Of a stretch of 64,000 bases of DNA, positions 37,750-46,935 are shown piece after piece. The position numbers and the translations under genes are program-made. Source of the DNA: Candidatus Lustribacter sp. (GTDB lineage Bacteria > Vulcanimicrobiota > Vulcanimicrobiia > Vulcanimicrobiales > Vulcanimicrobiaceae); the NCBI GenBank assembly GCA_965277805.1, contig OZ255842.1:1504001-1568000 (forward strand). Reading direction: 5' to 3'. Under the pieces are notes generated by a model. It saw only the letters and a program-made list of their open reading frames with translations, made no database searches and had not been told where the DNA came from. Every line of letters starts with the position of its first letter. The stretch's first letter is position 1.

Positions 37750-39510
37750 CTAACGCGGTGCGGCGCCGAGCCGCTGGAGCCAGACGGAAACGATCGCCGG
37801 CTTGCCGGCGCGGACTGCGGCCTTCGCCCGGCGCATCGCCGGCCCGACCTCGTCCGGCGTGCGCACGTTTTCGCCGTGGGCACCGGCTGCCTGGGCCTCT
37901 TGTGCGAAATCGACCGGCGGATCGAAATGTCCGCCTTCGTAGCCCGCTTGGAACGCGTAGCCCTCCGGATAGATCTCGCCAACGTTCACCGTGCCGGTTG
38001 AATAGCTGCGGTTCTGATAGACCACCGCCATGAACGGCGCGCCGAAATGCACCGCCGCCCAGAGCGCCGCGGTGGCGGTGCTGTACTGATAGAATCCATC
38101 GCCGGTGCAGGCGATGATGTCCTTATCCGGTGATGCGAGCTTCGCGCCGAATGCAGCGCCGATCGACCAGCCGCCGCTCGAAGCCGGGTTGTGAAAATAC
38201 GATCCCGGCACGTTGCACGGCACGTAGCGATCGATCATCGGGGTCTGCAACGTCTCATCGAAAACGATGCTGTTATCGTCGATGACCTGCGCGAGTTCGT
38301 AGGTGACGTAGGCCGGATCGATCGGATCGGAGGCGGCCTTGGATTCGGCGTAGGCGTTCCATTCGGCGCGCCGGGTGCTGGTGAACGTTTCCCAGCGCTC
38401 GCGGCGCGCGTCGATCTTCGCCCGCACCGCCGGGGTGAGTTCTTCTTCCACGAGTTGCGTCAGGAGTTCGATGGCCCGCAACGCGTCTGAGGTGACGCGG
38501 ACGTCGGCGGTAAATTCGTATGTCGGGATCCGCTGCCGCACCGGGTCGATATCGATCACCGCTACGTACGCACTCGCGGGCGGCGCTTTCGGTCCCGGAG
38601 TCCACGGGACGTTCGCATCGATCGCAACGACGACATCCGCCTCTTTCAACGGGTAGTCGCCGAGATAGAGCGGATGACGCTTCGGAAAACAGTGATACGC
38701 CTTGAAGCCTGAGTTCGCGACCGGCAGTGCCAGGAGTTCGCAGAGCTTGACCAGCGCCGGGACCGTCGCCGGGTTGCGGCCGGACGTCGAAGTGACGACG
38801 AACGGATTTTCCGCTTCGATCAGCTTGCGGGCGATCGTGCGCGCGGCTTCCATTGCCGGCGCCGGCGTCTCCGGGATACCCAGCTGTTGCGCAGTGGGAA
38901 ACGACCTATCGCGCAACGGCACGAGCGTGAGTTCGCGCGGTGGCGTGAAGTACACCGGGCCGCGCGGCTCGGTCAGCGCGATCTGCAGTCCACGGCTAAC
39001 GATGAGGCCGGGGTTGTCGGCGAATTCGAGCCGCTTCTCCCACTTCACGTAGTTGCGTACGATGCCGTTTTGATCGGCGGGTTGCTGAAACCAAAGATGC
39101 CCGCCGCGGTCGCGCGCGCCGCGGACCGTGCCGGTATACGCGGTCGGGCCGCCGCCGCCGGTGATGAAGACCGGAAGGTTGGCGTGCGCCGCGGTATGCA
39201 AGGCCCCGCCGTAATTGAACGTGCCCGCGTCCGCGTGCGCCGCGGTCGCTACCGGCTTGCCGCTGACCGCCGCGTAGCCGAGCGCGGCGTTGAGGCTCGC
39301 GTGCTCGTGAATCATCGTAATGAGACGCGGAGTCTGCCGGCCGAGCGCCTCCGCCTTCGCGATGGCTTCTTGGTAGAACGCGAGTTCGGAACCCGACGTG
39401 AAAAAGAGATATTCGACGCCGCCGGCGGCTAATGCCGCGACGATCGCTTCCCCAGCGTCCCCGTCCGGCAGCTGAACCCAATCGTGCGCGGTCTTCTCAG
39501 GAGCTTGCAT
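37750..39510 (-). CDS. Thiamine-diphosphate-dependent enzyme (ALS/benzoylformate decarboxylase-like)
   Basis: GVEYLF and catalytic HE (MIHEH); ThDP motif GDG...VYQN. Confidence 0.9.
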   Translation of the reverse strand: MQAPEKTAHDWVQLPDGDAGEAIVAALAAGGVEYLFFTSGSELAFYQEAIAKAEALGRQTPRLITMIHEHASLNAALGYAAVSGKPVATAAHADAGTFNYGGALHTAAHANLPVFITGGGGPTAYTGTVRGARDRGGHLWFQQPADQNGIVRNYVKWEKRLEFADNPGLIVSRGLQIALTEPRGPVYFTPPRELTLVPLRDRSFPTAQQLGIPETPAPAMEAARTIARKLIEAENPFVVTSTSGRNPATVPALVKLCELLALPVANSGFKAYHCFPKRHPLYLGDYPLKEADVVVAIDANVPWTPGPKAPPASAYVAVIDIDPVRQRIPTYEFTADVRVTSDALRAIELLTQLVEEELTPAVRAKIDARRERWETFTSTRRAEWNAYAESKAASDPIDPAYVTYELAQVIDDNSIVFDETLQTPMIDRYVPCNVPGSYFHNPASSGGWSIGAAFGAKLASPDKDIIACTGDGFYQYSTATAALWAAVHFGAPFMAVVYQNRSYSTGTVNVGEIYPEGYAFQAGYEGGHFDPPVDFAQEAQAAGAHGENVRTPDEVGPAMRRAKAAVRAGKPAIVSVWLQRLGAAPR

Positions 39511-39555
39511 TCCCGTTGCTTCGCTTGCGCGAGCGCTAGAGCTTCTCGCCGCGCA

Positions 39556-40494
39556 TCAGCGTAAGAACTCCGGGGCGAAAAGGTCCGCGGCGAGAATTCT
39601 TTGCGGCAGCACGCCGTACTTCACGCCGGCATCGATGACGGGCTGGATCGCGCCGAGATCGGTCTTCTCGAGGAAGGTTGCCCGCGCCATTCCGCGCACG
39701 ACCGCGACGTCGAGCCCCATGCCCTTGGCGACGAATTCGGCCGTTTGGTCCTGGTGCCGATTGGCCCAGGCTGCGGCTTCGAGGTTGGCTTGCTGGAATT
39801 TATGGGCGGTGTCGCGATTGGCGGCGATCCACGCTTGCGAGGCGACGTAGCCGTCAATCATCCAACGTGGACCGAACCCATCGAATGCCTTGCCGAAAAA
39901 TCGCCAGTCGCCCTTCGACTGCGAGAGAAACGGTTCGGGCAAGATGCTCGCGTCTATCCGCTTCGAGAGCAGCGCCGCTCCCATAGACGAATTCGCAAGC
40001 TCGAGAAACTTGACTTGTTTGGAGTCGCCTCCGTTTTTGTCGATCCACGCTTGAGCCGCCACGTGCGCTATTCCCTGGAGCACGTTGACGCCGACCGTGG
40101 CCCCGGCAAGATCGCGCGCCGTGGCGAGTTTTGAATCTTTCGCGACGACCATCACCGTCGTCGGATGTTGCGTCGTATAGACCGCACCGGTGGCGATGAT
40201 CCGGATCGGCGCGCCGTGCGCATACGCAACGGCGAGCGAAAGCAGATTGGATCCGCTCAGATCCAGCGTGCCGCCGAGCATCGCAGCGAATGTCGTGTTG
40301 CCGTTGGTAAATGTCTGCGGCTGCACGTCCAACCCGGCCCGGGCATAGATGCCGACGTTGATACCCGATAAGACCTCGGAAGCGGAGTCCGTTTGCGCGG
40401 TTCCGAGCGAGATTTTCGTGAGTTCGGCCGCACCCGCAACGCTGCGAATCGCGAGGACAGCCGCGCCACCGGAGATGAGCCGGCCGCGGTTCAC
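39556..40494 (-). CDS. SsuA/NMT1-like ABC substrate-binding protein (#5)
   Basis: MNRGRLI signal; YARAGLDV, WIDKNGGD and IQPVIDAGVKY; overlaps the aldolase stop. Confidence 0.88.
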   Translation of the reverse strand: MNRGRLISGGAAVLAIRSVAGAAELTKISLGTAQTDSASEVLSGINVGIYARAGLDVQPQTFTNGNTTFAAMLGGTLDLSGSNLLSLAVAYAHGAPIRIIATGAVYTTQHPTTVMVVAKDSKLATARDLAGATVGVNVLQGIAHVAAQAWIDKNGGDSKQVKFLELANSSMGAALLSKRIDASILPEPFLSQSKGDWRFFGKAFDGFGPRWMIDGYVASQAWIAANRDTAHKFQQANLEAAAWANRHQDQTAEFVAKGMGLDVAVVRGMARATFLEKTDLGAIQPVIDAGVKYGVLPQRILAADLFAPEFLR

Positions 40495-41309
40495 GATGCG
40501 GCGTCCGTGAAGCTGGCGGCAAGGTCGCGCGCCTCCATGCGAATCGCTTTGAGCAGCAGCGACTCATCGGTGCTCGCCGAGATGAACGATGCGCCAAGAC
40601 TCCGCAGGTCGCGAATCACGTCCGGCTGCTGCTTCACGCCGGCCACACCGAGCCAGCGCCCGCTGCGGCGGCACGCCGCGGCGACGGTTTCAAACGCCGC
40701 GCGAATTTTCGGATGATCGCTATTTCCGTGAATGCCAAGTTCGTCGCTCAAGTCTCCGGCGCCGACCAGGATCATGTCGACGCCGTCGACCGCGCAAATG
40801 GCGTCGACGTTGGCAATCGCCTCGGCCGTTTCAGCCATGACGATCACGATCGTGCGCGCGTCCAAGATCGCCGAGCCTTCGTCAGCGGAAACCGGCGCGT
40901 AGCCGAGCGGCGGGCTCGCTCCGGCAAGCGCGCGCGTCCCCCGCGGACGGAACCGCGCCGCATCGACGACGCCGCGCGCTTCGGCAGCCGTGTTAACGTG
41001 CGGAACGATGACGCCGGCCGCACCCCCGTCGAGCGTGCGCATGATGTACTCGCGGCTGTGGGAGGGCACCCGAACGAGCGGCGTCAGCCCCATGTTCCAG
41101 GCGGTGAGGGAGAGCGTGGCTACGTCATCGAGAGAGAACATCGCATGTTCCATATCGAAATACACAGCGTCAAAGCCGGCCATTTTCGCCATTTGGAGCA
41201 CGTGAATCGAGCGCGACATCCGGATCGGCAAGCACGTTGCCGCTCCGTTCGCGGCGAGTTTGTTGATCAGCGGATTGTCGCTCCGCACGCCCTTCGCGAC
41301 GTCCATCAC
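40491..41309 (-). CDS. HpcH/HpaI class II aldolase
   Basis: GFDAVYFDMEH, PLVRVP, VPHV, MAET and GAGDLS. Confidence 0.9.
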   Translation of the reverse strand: MMDVAKGVRSDNPLINKLAANGAATCLPIRMSRSIHVLQMAKMAGFDAVYFDMEHAMFSLDDVATLSLTAWNMGLTPLVRVPSHSREYIMRTLDGGAAGVIVPHVNTAAEARGVVDAARFRPRGTRALAGASPPLGYAPVSADEGSAILDARTIVIVMAETAEAIANVDAICAVDGVDMILVGAGDLSDELGIHGNSDHPKIRAAFETVAAACRRSGRWLGVAGVKQQPDVIRDLRSLGASFISASTDESLLLKAIRMEARDLAASFTDAAS

Positions 41310-43399
41310 GCGACCGGCGCCGCGACGCGCAGGGTCGTCTCACGAGACCGTTCGCCTACCGCCGCGACCGTTACAAGCATATTCGACTCCTCATCGACGA
41401 CGACGCTGTCGCCGGGGTGAATGAGCGTTGTGGACGCGACTTCCTCGATGACTGCGGGTCCGCTGACAGCGACACCCGGACGGAGTTCATCGCGCCGGTA
41501 GATCGCTGTCTCGACATATCCGAGATCCTCGAAGAAAACCCGCCGTGACGATTGCCGTTCACCGGCATGCGCGGCGCTCTCGACCCGGACCACAGGCTTC
41601 GGAAGGTGCCCGTAGACTTCGACGTGCATCGCCACCAGTTCGGTCGGTGTCTTCTCGAACGCGTGTCCATAACGCAGTTCGTGCAGGGTTGCGAAGCGCT
41701 TCTGAAGGTCGGCGATGACGTCGCTTGACCCCAGCTCGGCGAACGGCAGGCGCAGCGTGAATTCCTGACCCGCGTAGCGCATCTCGACGGCCCGCACGCA
41801 ACGGATGTCGGCTTCGCTGAAGCCGGCACGGCGCATCCGCTCGCGTCCTTCTTCTTCCATCTGCGCAAAGTACGGCTCGAAGGTCTGCGCGCTCGATTCC
41901 GCCATCTTACAGATGCGGCTCAGCTTGAATGACTCCTTGGCATCCGAGAGCAGCATCCCGAGCGCCGAGAAGATGCCGGGATGCGGTGGAATGACGACGG
42001 TCTTGATCCCGAGTTCGCGCGCGATTGCCACGGCGTGTCCTGGTCCGCCCCCGCCGTAGGCGAACAGGACGAATTCGCGCGGGTCGTAGCCTTTTTGAAC
42101 CGTCATCTGACGGACGGCTTGCACCATGTAGGTGTCGGCAATTTTGACGATGCCGAAGGCCGCGTGCGATATTTCGAGGCCAAGCGGCCCGGCCACGTGC
42201 TGTTGGATGGCTTCTTGCGATCGATCGACGGAGAGACCGATGTCGCCACCCAGAAAATATGCGGGGTTCAAGCGGCCCAGCACGACGTTGGCATCCGACA
42301 CCGTCGGCCGCGTGCCGCCTTTGCCGTACGCAGCCGGCCCCGGTACGGCGCCCGCGCTCTCCGGGCCGACCTTCAAGGCGCCGAGCGCATCGACGTGCGC
42401 GATGCTGCCGCCGCCGGCGCCGATCTCGACGACGTCGACAACCGGAAGCTGCAGCGGATACCCGTGTTCCTCGCCGCCGATGAAGTAGCCCTCGGCGATG
42501 TCGAGCTGACCGTCGCGAACGAGACTGACTTTGGCCGTCGTGCCGCCCATGTCGAAGGCAACGACGTTGCGAAAGCCCGCGTTCGCGGCGACATGCGCGG
42601 CGGCCACGGTTCCGCCCACGGGTCCCGACTCCATCATCCGCACCGGCTGTTGACGGGCCAGTTCGATCGACATCGTTCCGCCGCCGGACTGCATGATCAT
42701 CGCGGTTCCGGCAAAACCACCGGTACGGAGGTAGTGCTGGATGCTGTCGAGATAGCCGCTCACGCGCGGTCCCACGTAGGCGTTGAGGACGCTCGTCGAG
42801 GTTCGTTCGAACTCCCGGTACTCGCGCACGATATCCGAGGAAATCGAAACGAACATCGGCCGCGACGCGTGTTTGCCGATGAGATCGCGGATCGTCCGTT
42901 CGTTCTCGGGATTCGCGTAAGAATGGAGCAAACAGACCGCAATCGCGTCGACGCCGGCCGCCTCGAGCTGTTGCAGCACGTCCAGCGCTTGGACGGCGTC
43001 GACCGGTTTGAGAACCCGGCCGTCGGCCAGCATCCGTTCGGCGATCTCGAGCCGGCGGCGCCGGGGTACGAGCGGTTCGGCCGTCGTGAACATCAGGTCG
43101 AAGGCGTTGATGATGTTGCCGCGCGCGATCTCGAGCGTGTCGCGAAAGCCGGCAGTCGAAAGCAGGCCGGTGCGGGCTCCTTTGCGTTCGATAACGGTGT
43201 TGATCGCGATCGTGCTGCCGTGAACGAAGTAATCGATGCCCGCGAGGTCGACCTTCGCTTTGGCCACGGCGTCGGCGACGCCGTTTTTGACATCGAGCGT
43301 CGTGCTCGCCTTGGAGATCGTGAGGACGTTGGTCGACGCATCGAATGATGCGAGATCGGTGAACGTCCCGCCGACGTCGGTTGCAACGCGTAAGCTCAT
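41306..43399 (-). CDS. Hydantoinase/oxoprolinase subunit A (ATP-binding)
   Basis: DVGGTFTD, HGSTIAIN, SGPVGG, DMGGTT and IGAGGGS; ATG 43399 overlaps the subunit B stop. Confidence 0.93.
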   Translation of the reverse strand: MSLRVATDVGGTFTDLASFDASTNVLTISKASTTLDVKNGVADAVAKAKVDLAGIDYFVHGSTIAINTVIERKGARTGLLSTAGFRDTLEIARGNIINAFDLMFTTAEPLVPRRRRLEIAERMLADGRVLKPVDAVQALDVLQQLEAAGVDAIAVCLLHSYANPENERTIRDLIGKHASRPMFVSISSDIVREYREFERTSTSVLNAYVGPRVSGYLDSIQHYLRTGGFAGTAMIMQSGGGTMSIELARQQPVRMMESGPVGGTVAAAHVAANAGFRNVVAFDMGGTTAKVSLVRDGQLDIAEGYFIGGEEHGYPLQLPVVDVVEIGAGGGSIAHVDALGALKVGPESAGAVPGPAAYGKGGTRPTVSDANVVLGRLNPAYFLGGDIGLSVDRSQEAIQQHVAGPLGLEISHAAFGIVKIADTYMVQAVRQMTVQKGYDPREFVLFAYGGGGPGHAVAIARELGIKTVVIPPHPGIFSALGMLLSDAKESFKLSRICKMAESSAQTFEPYFAQMEEEGRERMRRAGFSEADIRCVRAVEMRYAGQEFTLRLPFAELGSSDVIADLQKRFATLHELRYGHAFEKTPTELVAMHVEVYGHLPKPVVRVESAAHAGERQSSRRVFFEDLGYVETAIYRRDELRPGVAVSGPAVIEEVASTTLIHPGDSVVVDEESNMLVTVAAVGERSRETTLRVAAPVA

Positions 43400-45123
43400 G
43401 CCGTCACCTTCGCTCCCGAACGTGCGGCCTGCGTTGCCGGTTCGTCGATCGCGCCGGCGGCCGAGACGACGACGCCGTAGTCCCGTTCGGCGGCCTCCGC
43501 CGTGATATACCCGTCGATCACGTCGTCCGCGACCGCCTCCACGCTGCGCTCGTGCGGATCGCCGTAGCCACCGCCGCCGCCGGTCAGAATTCGCACGGTT
43601 TGCCCGGCCGGAATGTCGTAGTCCACCCGGCGCGACATCCGCTGATCGCCGTCGGCGGTGATCAGGTACGCCTCGTTCCCGGCAGCCTCTTTGCCGCCGT
43701 AGATACCCCACGGCTTGCAGATCGAGCGGATCATGTTGCTACGGGCGACGGAATCCAGCGACATGTGCACGACGACGTCGGTGCCGAACCCGCCGCGAAA
43801 CCGTCCCGCCCCGGCGGAATCCGTCCGCAAGGCAAGCTTGTCGAAGACGACGGGATACTTCGCCTCGTTGATCTCGACCGGCATGCTGTGCTCGTTACCT
43901 TGCTGGATCGAACACTTGGGTGCCGGGCCGTCGTGGTTCGGTCGCGCGCCGTGGCCGCCCGGATGCGGGATGTGAATGCTGAAATATTTCCGCGTCTTGG
44001 CATCGAAGCCGCCGATCCCGACGCCTCGCGGATCGCCGCGCGTTGCGGCCGGAATCCGCCCGGGTGCCCCGTCCGCAACGGCTTTGAGAATCGTGTCGAT
44101 CACCGTCGGGAAAATCACCGACCACTCGTACATCGCGGCCGGCCGGCGCGCATTGAGGATCTTGCCTTCGGGGCAGATGATTTCGAGCGGCCGAAAGCAG
44201 CCTTCGTTCGAGGGCAGATGCGGCGTGGTCAGGCATTTGAACGCGATCCGGCCGACATTCGTGGCGCCGCCGTAGTAGCCGCTATTGATCGATCCCTTGA
44301 CCTGATCGGCAACTTCGGAAAAATCGATGATCATGCGGTCGCTGAGCATCTCGACACGCACGCGAATGTTTACGGGTTCGTTACCAACGCCGTCGTTGTC
44401 GAGGAACGACTCGGCCGTGTAGACGCCCGGCTTCGTGTTGGCCATCGCGGCGCGCGCCGCGGCTTCCGTCATGTCCCAGTTTTTTGCAATCGCTTCTTCC
44501 ACGACATCGAAGTCGAAACGCACGAGGAGCTCGGAAATTCGCCGATGGCCCAAGCGGCACGCAGCCATCTGGGCGTTGAGGTCGCCCATTACCATTTCCG
44601 GCAGGCGCGAGTTCGCTTCAATCAGATTAAGAACGTCCGGATTCGGCTTGCCCTTGCGATAGATGCGGGCAGCGCGAATCTGCAGACCTTCTTGAAAGAT
44701 CTCAGTCGTGCTCGGCGAGCCCGAACCGATTGTAGACCCGCCTACGTCGTGCAGGTGCGCGCGGACGCATGCGTACCCGAATAGCCGGTCTTCCCAGAAG
44801 ATCGGCGTGAAGACCACGACGTTGTTGAGGTGCTGCCCCTGGATGACCGGATCGTTGGTGGCAATCACGTCGCCGTCTTCGATCAGATCCTCGCCAAGCG
44901 TGTCGACGGCACCCTTAACGACGAATCCGAGATCGCCGGTGAACGCCGGATGCGTGTAACGGGACTGCGTGATGATGCGTCCCTTCCGGTCGATGAAGCC
45001 CACTGCGAAATCGCGGATCTCGTAATTGAAATAACTGTACGAGCTCTTCCAGAAACTCGTCGTCATTTCGTCGGCGAACGCCGTCAGCGACGACGAGACG
45101 ACTTCGAGCGTAATCGGATCCAT
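43396..45123 (-). CDS. Hydantoinase B/oxoprolinase family protein
   Basis: MDPITLEV, NDP...HLNN, HLHDVGG, EIFQEG, SAGAGRFRGG and GGGGYGDP; GGAG SD. Confidence 0.93.
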   Translation of the reverse strand: MDPITLEVVSSSLTAFADEMTTSFWKSSYSYFNYEIRDFAVGFIDRKGRIITQSRYTHPAFTGDLGFVVKGAVDTLGEDLIEDGDVIATNDPVIQGQHLNNVVVFTPIFWEDRLFGYACVRAHLHDVGGSTIGSGSPSTTEIFQEGLQIRAARIYRKGKPNPDVLNLIEANSRLPEMVMGDLNAQMAACRLGHRRISELLVRFDFDVVEEAIAKNWDMTEAAARAAMANTKPGVYTAESFLDNDGVGNEPVNIRVRVEMLSDRMIIDFSEVADQVKGSINSGYYGGATNVGRIAFKCLTTPHLPSNEGCFRPLEIICPEGKILNARRPAAMYEWSVIFPTVIDTILKAVADGAPGRIPAATRGDPRGVGIGGFDAKTRKYFSIHIPHPGGHGARPNHDGPAPKCSIQQGNEHSMPVEINEAKYPVVFDKLALRTDSAGAGRFRGGFGTDVVVHMSLDSVARSNMIRSICKPWGIYGGKEAAGNEAYLITADGDQRMSRRVDYDIPAGQTVRILTGGGGGYGDPHERSVEAVADDVIDGYITAEAAERDYGVVVSAAGAIDEPATQAARSGAKVTA

Positions 45124-45166
45124 CGTATCTTCTCCACAGGCGGCAGGAAAGCACAACAGTTTTAAC

Positions 45167-45178
45167 TGAACGCGTTCA
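45167..45178. promoter_or_regulatory. Perfect 12-bp palindrome TGAACGCGTTCA, candidate TetR operator
   Basis: Lies in the 92-bp divergent region between the hydantoinase operon and the TetR gene. Confidence 0.6.
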
Positions 45179-45215
45179 ACGGAAACTTACCTGATCGGAC
45201 TGAGGGTGTCAAGGC

Positions 45216-45890
45216 ATGAAGCGCGCTGCTTACCGGCTCGGTTTACGAGCAGGAGCACAAATGGAGCGCCGTCGGCGCGTACTCGAAGCAGCCGAGGCCC
45301 TGTTCCATGAAAAGGGACTCGAGGCGACCGGAATGCGCGAAATTGCCCAACGCGCGGGAGTCGGGACGGGCACGATCTTTTTGTACTCGCCCGACAAGCG
45401 GGGCTTACTCTTACTTATCCACAACGAGCAGCTGCGTCTGTGCCACGAGCGCGCGTTCGCAACGCTCGATCCGGCGTCCGGGCCCCTCGATCAGATCGTC
45501 CACGTCTTTCGCGCACAATACGAGTATCTCGCGCGGGACACGCGGCTCTCATTGCAAGCTATGCAGGAAGCCTCGTATTTCTCACGTGCGGATCGCAAGA
45601 TTCCGGAGCTCGAGGCTTCGGATTACGTGCGTCGCAAAGCGGCATCCCGCAAGCGCCTCCGGGAACTCGTCAGCAAGCAGCAGGAGCGGGGAAACATCCG
45701 GGCCGAGGTCGATCCGGTCGACGTCGTGGAGATCTCCATGGCAATCTACGTTAGCGAAGTCCGCGAATGGTTAACGTCGATCGAACTCGAGACCGATACG
45801 ATACCTGACGTTGCCCGGGGCGTCGAACAATTGCGGCATCGGCTAGGCTTGGCGTTGGCTGGTTCCATGACGTGTCTCCCGGCCCTTTGA
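45216..45890 (+). CDS. TetR/AcrR family transcriptional regulator
   Basis: RRVLEAAEALFHEKG...MREIAQRAGVGTGTIFLY...K helix-turn-helix. Confidence 0.92.
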   Translation: MKRAAYRLGLRAGAQMERRRRVLEAAEALFHEKGLEATGMREIAQRAGVGTGTIFLYSPDKRGLLLLIHNEQLRLCHERAFATLDPASGPLDQIVHVFRAQYEYLARDTRLSLQAMQEASYFSRADRKIPELEASDYVRRKAASRKRLRELVSKQQERGNIRAEVDPVDVVEISMAIYVSEVREWLTSIELETDTIPDVARGVEQLRHRLGLALAGSMTCLPAL

Positions 45891-45962
45891 GCTTAACCCA
45901 CCAGACCCCGAACGCAAGCTGAGCATGGAAAGCCGTCGCGGACGCGAAGCCGCCGAACGGTC

Positions 45963-46889
45963 GTGGCGATCAAACGCAGTTCGTTCATCGGCGGCATAGC
46001 GGCCCTCGGCGCTACGGCGCCGGCCCGCGCGTTCGGCTTCGCACGCGCGCTGGTCGTCGTCAACCGCCGCTGGGAGTGCGATGCGCTCGAGGACGCGTGC
46101 ACGTACACGCGCCTCCACGCGTTTCCGGCCCGCTATCAGCGTGCCGACACCGTGCGTGGTTTGCGCGGGCACTTCGACAGCGCCAACGGCAGCGTGGAAG
46201 TCTGGTGCATCGAGGATATGCTGCCGGCGGGCGCCGACGTGCGCAGTTCGGCCGACAAAGCGCGGGTGTTGCCGGCGCTCGTGGGCGGCAACAGCATGGC
46301 GCTCGTGGTGGCCGTCGGCACGGCGGCGAGCATCGCGGCCGAACCGCAGAACGGCAGCGTCATCATCGGTACGAATACGTTTGCGCACGACCCGCACGTT
46401 GCAGACACCACGTCACACTGGAGCCCGCCGCATCCCGACGCGCTCGTCACCTCGGCGTTGGACGCCGCGACCTTCCGAAACGTCATCGGCAGCGAAGCCG
46501 ATCTCACGTCGATCAACCAGTTCTTCTTGCCGGCGCCGCTTGCGCCCGCATTACGCCCGCGCGTCTTCGCCGACCGCTCCTTCGTCGCGCTTGCCGATAT
46601 AAACGTGACCCGCAACGAAGATTACTCGCTCGCCGACCCGACCGTCGTGCGCGCCTACCGCCGCTCGGGTGCAAGGGCACCGGTCGGCTCGCTCGAGACG
46701 ACACACGCCGTGATCCGCGCCTGCACGAGCGCTCCGTTCTTCTTCATCTCCGGCATCACGAACCGCGTCGGCGCATTCGAGGCCGAGGTCATGCCACGCT
46801 TCGATGCGCAAAATTTCGCGGCGTCGTACAACGCCGGCGTTACGGTGGCGGCCTTGGCCGAACGCATGCTGTATTACTTGGCGCACTAG
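45963..46889 (+). CDS. Hypothetical exported protein, possible divergent nucleoside phosphorylase/MTAN-like fold
   Basis: Tat-like leader KRSSFIGG...ARA; VVAVGTAA...GSVIIG and LETT...PFFFISGITN resemble PNP_UDP superfamily strands. Confidence 0.6.
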   Translation: MAIKRSSFIGGIAALGATAPARAFGFARALVVVNRRWECDALEDACTYTRLHAFPARYQRADTVRGLRGHFDSANGSVEVWCIEDMLPAGADVRSSADKARVLPALVGGNSMALVVAVGTAASIAAEPQNGSVIIGTNTFAHDPHVADTTSHWSPPHPDALVTSALDAATFRNVIGSEADLTSINQFFLPAPLAPALRPRVFADRSFVALADINVTRNEDYSLADPTVVRAYRRSGARAPVGSLETTHAVIRACTSAPFFFISGITNRVGAFEAEVMPRFDAQNFAASYNAGVTVAALAERMLYYLAH

Positions 46890-46935
46890 GCCTTTGGCCG
46901 AAGGCAACGCAGCTCTTCGCACTCTATTGTAGTGA

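Noticed and set aside
43400-43711. Extension making an 801-aa hydantoinase A or an A/B fusion
   Set aside because: Arg/Gly-rich shadow overlapping subunit B; a normal ATGA coupling exists at 43396-43399.
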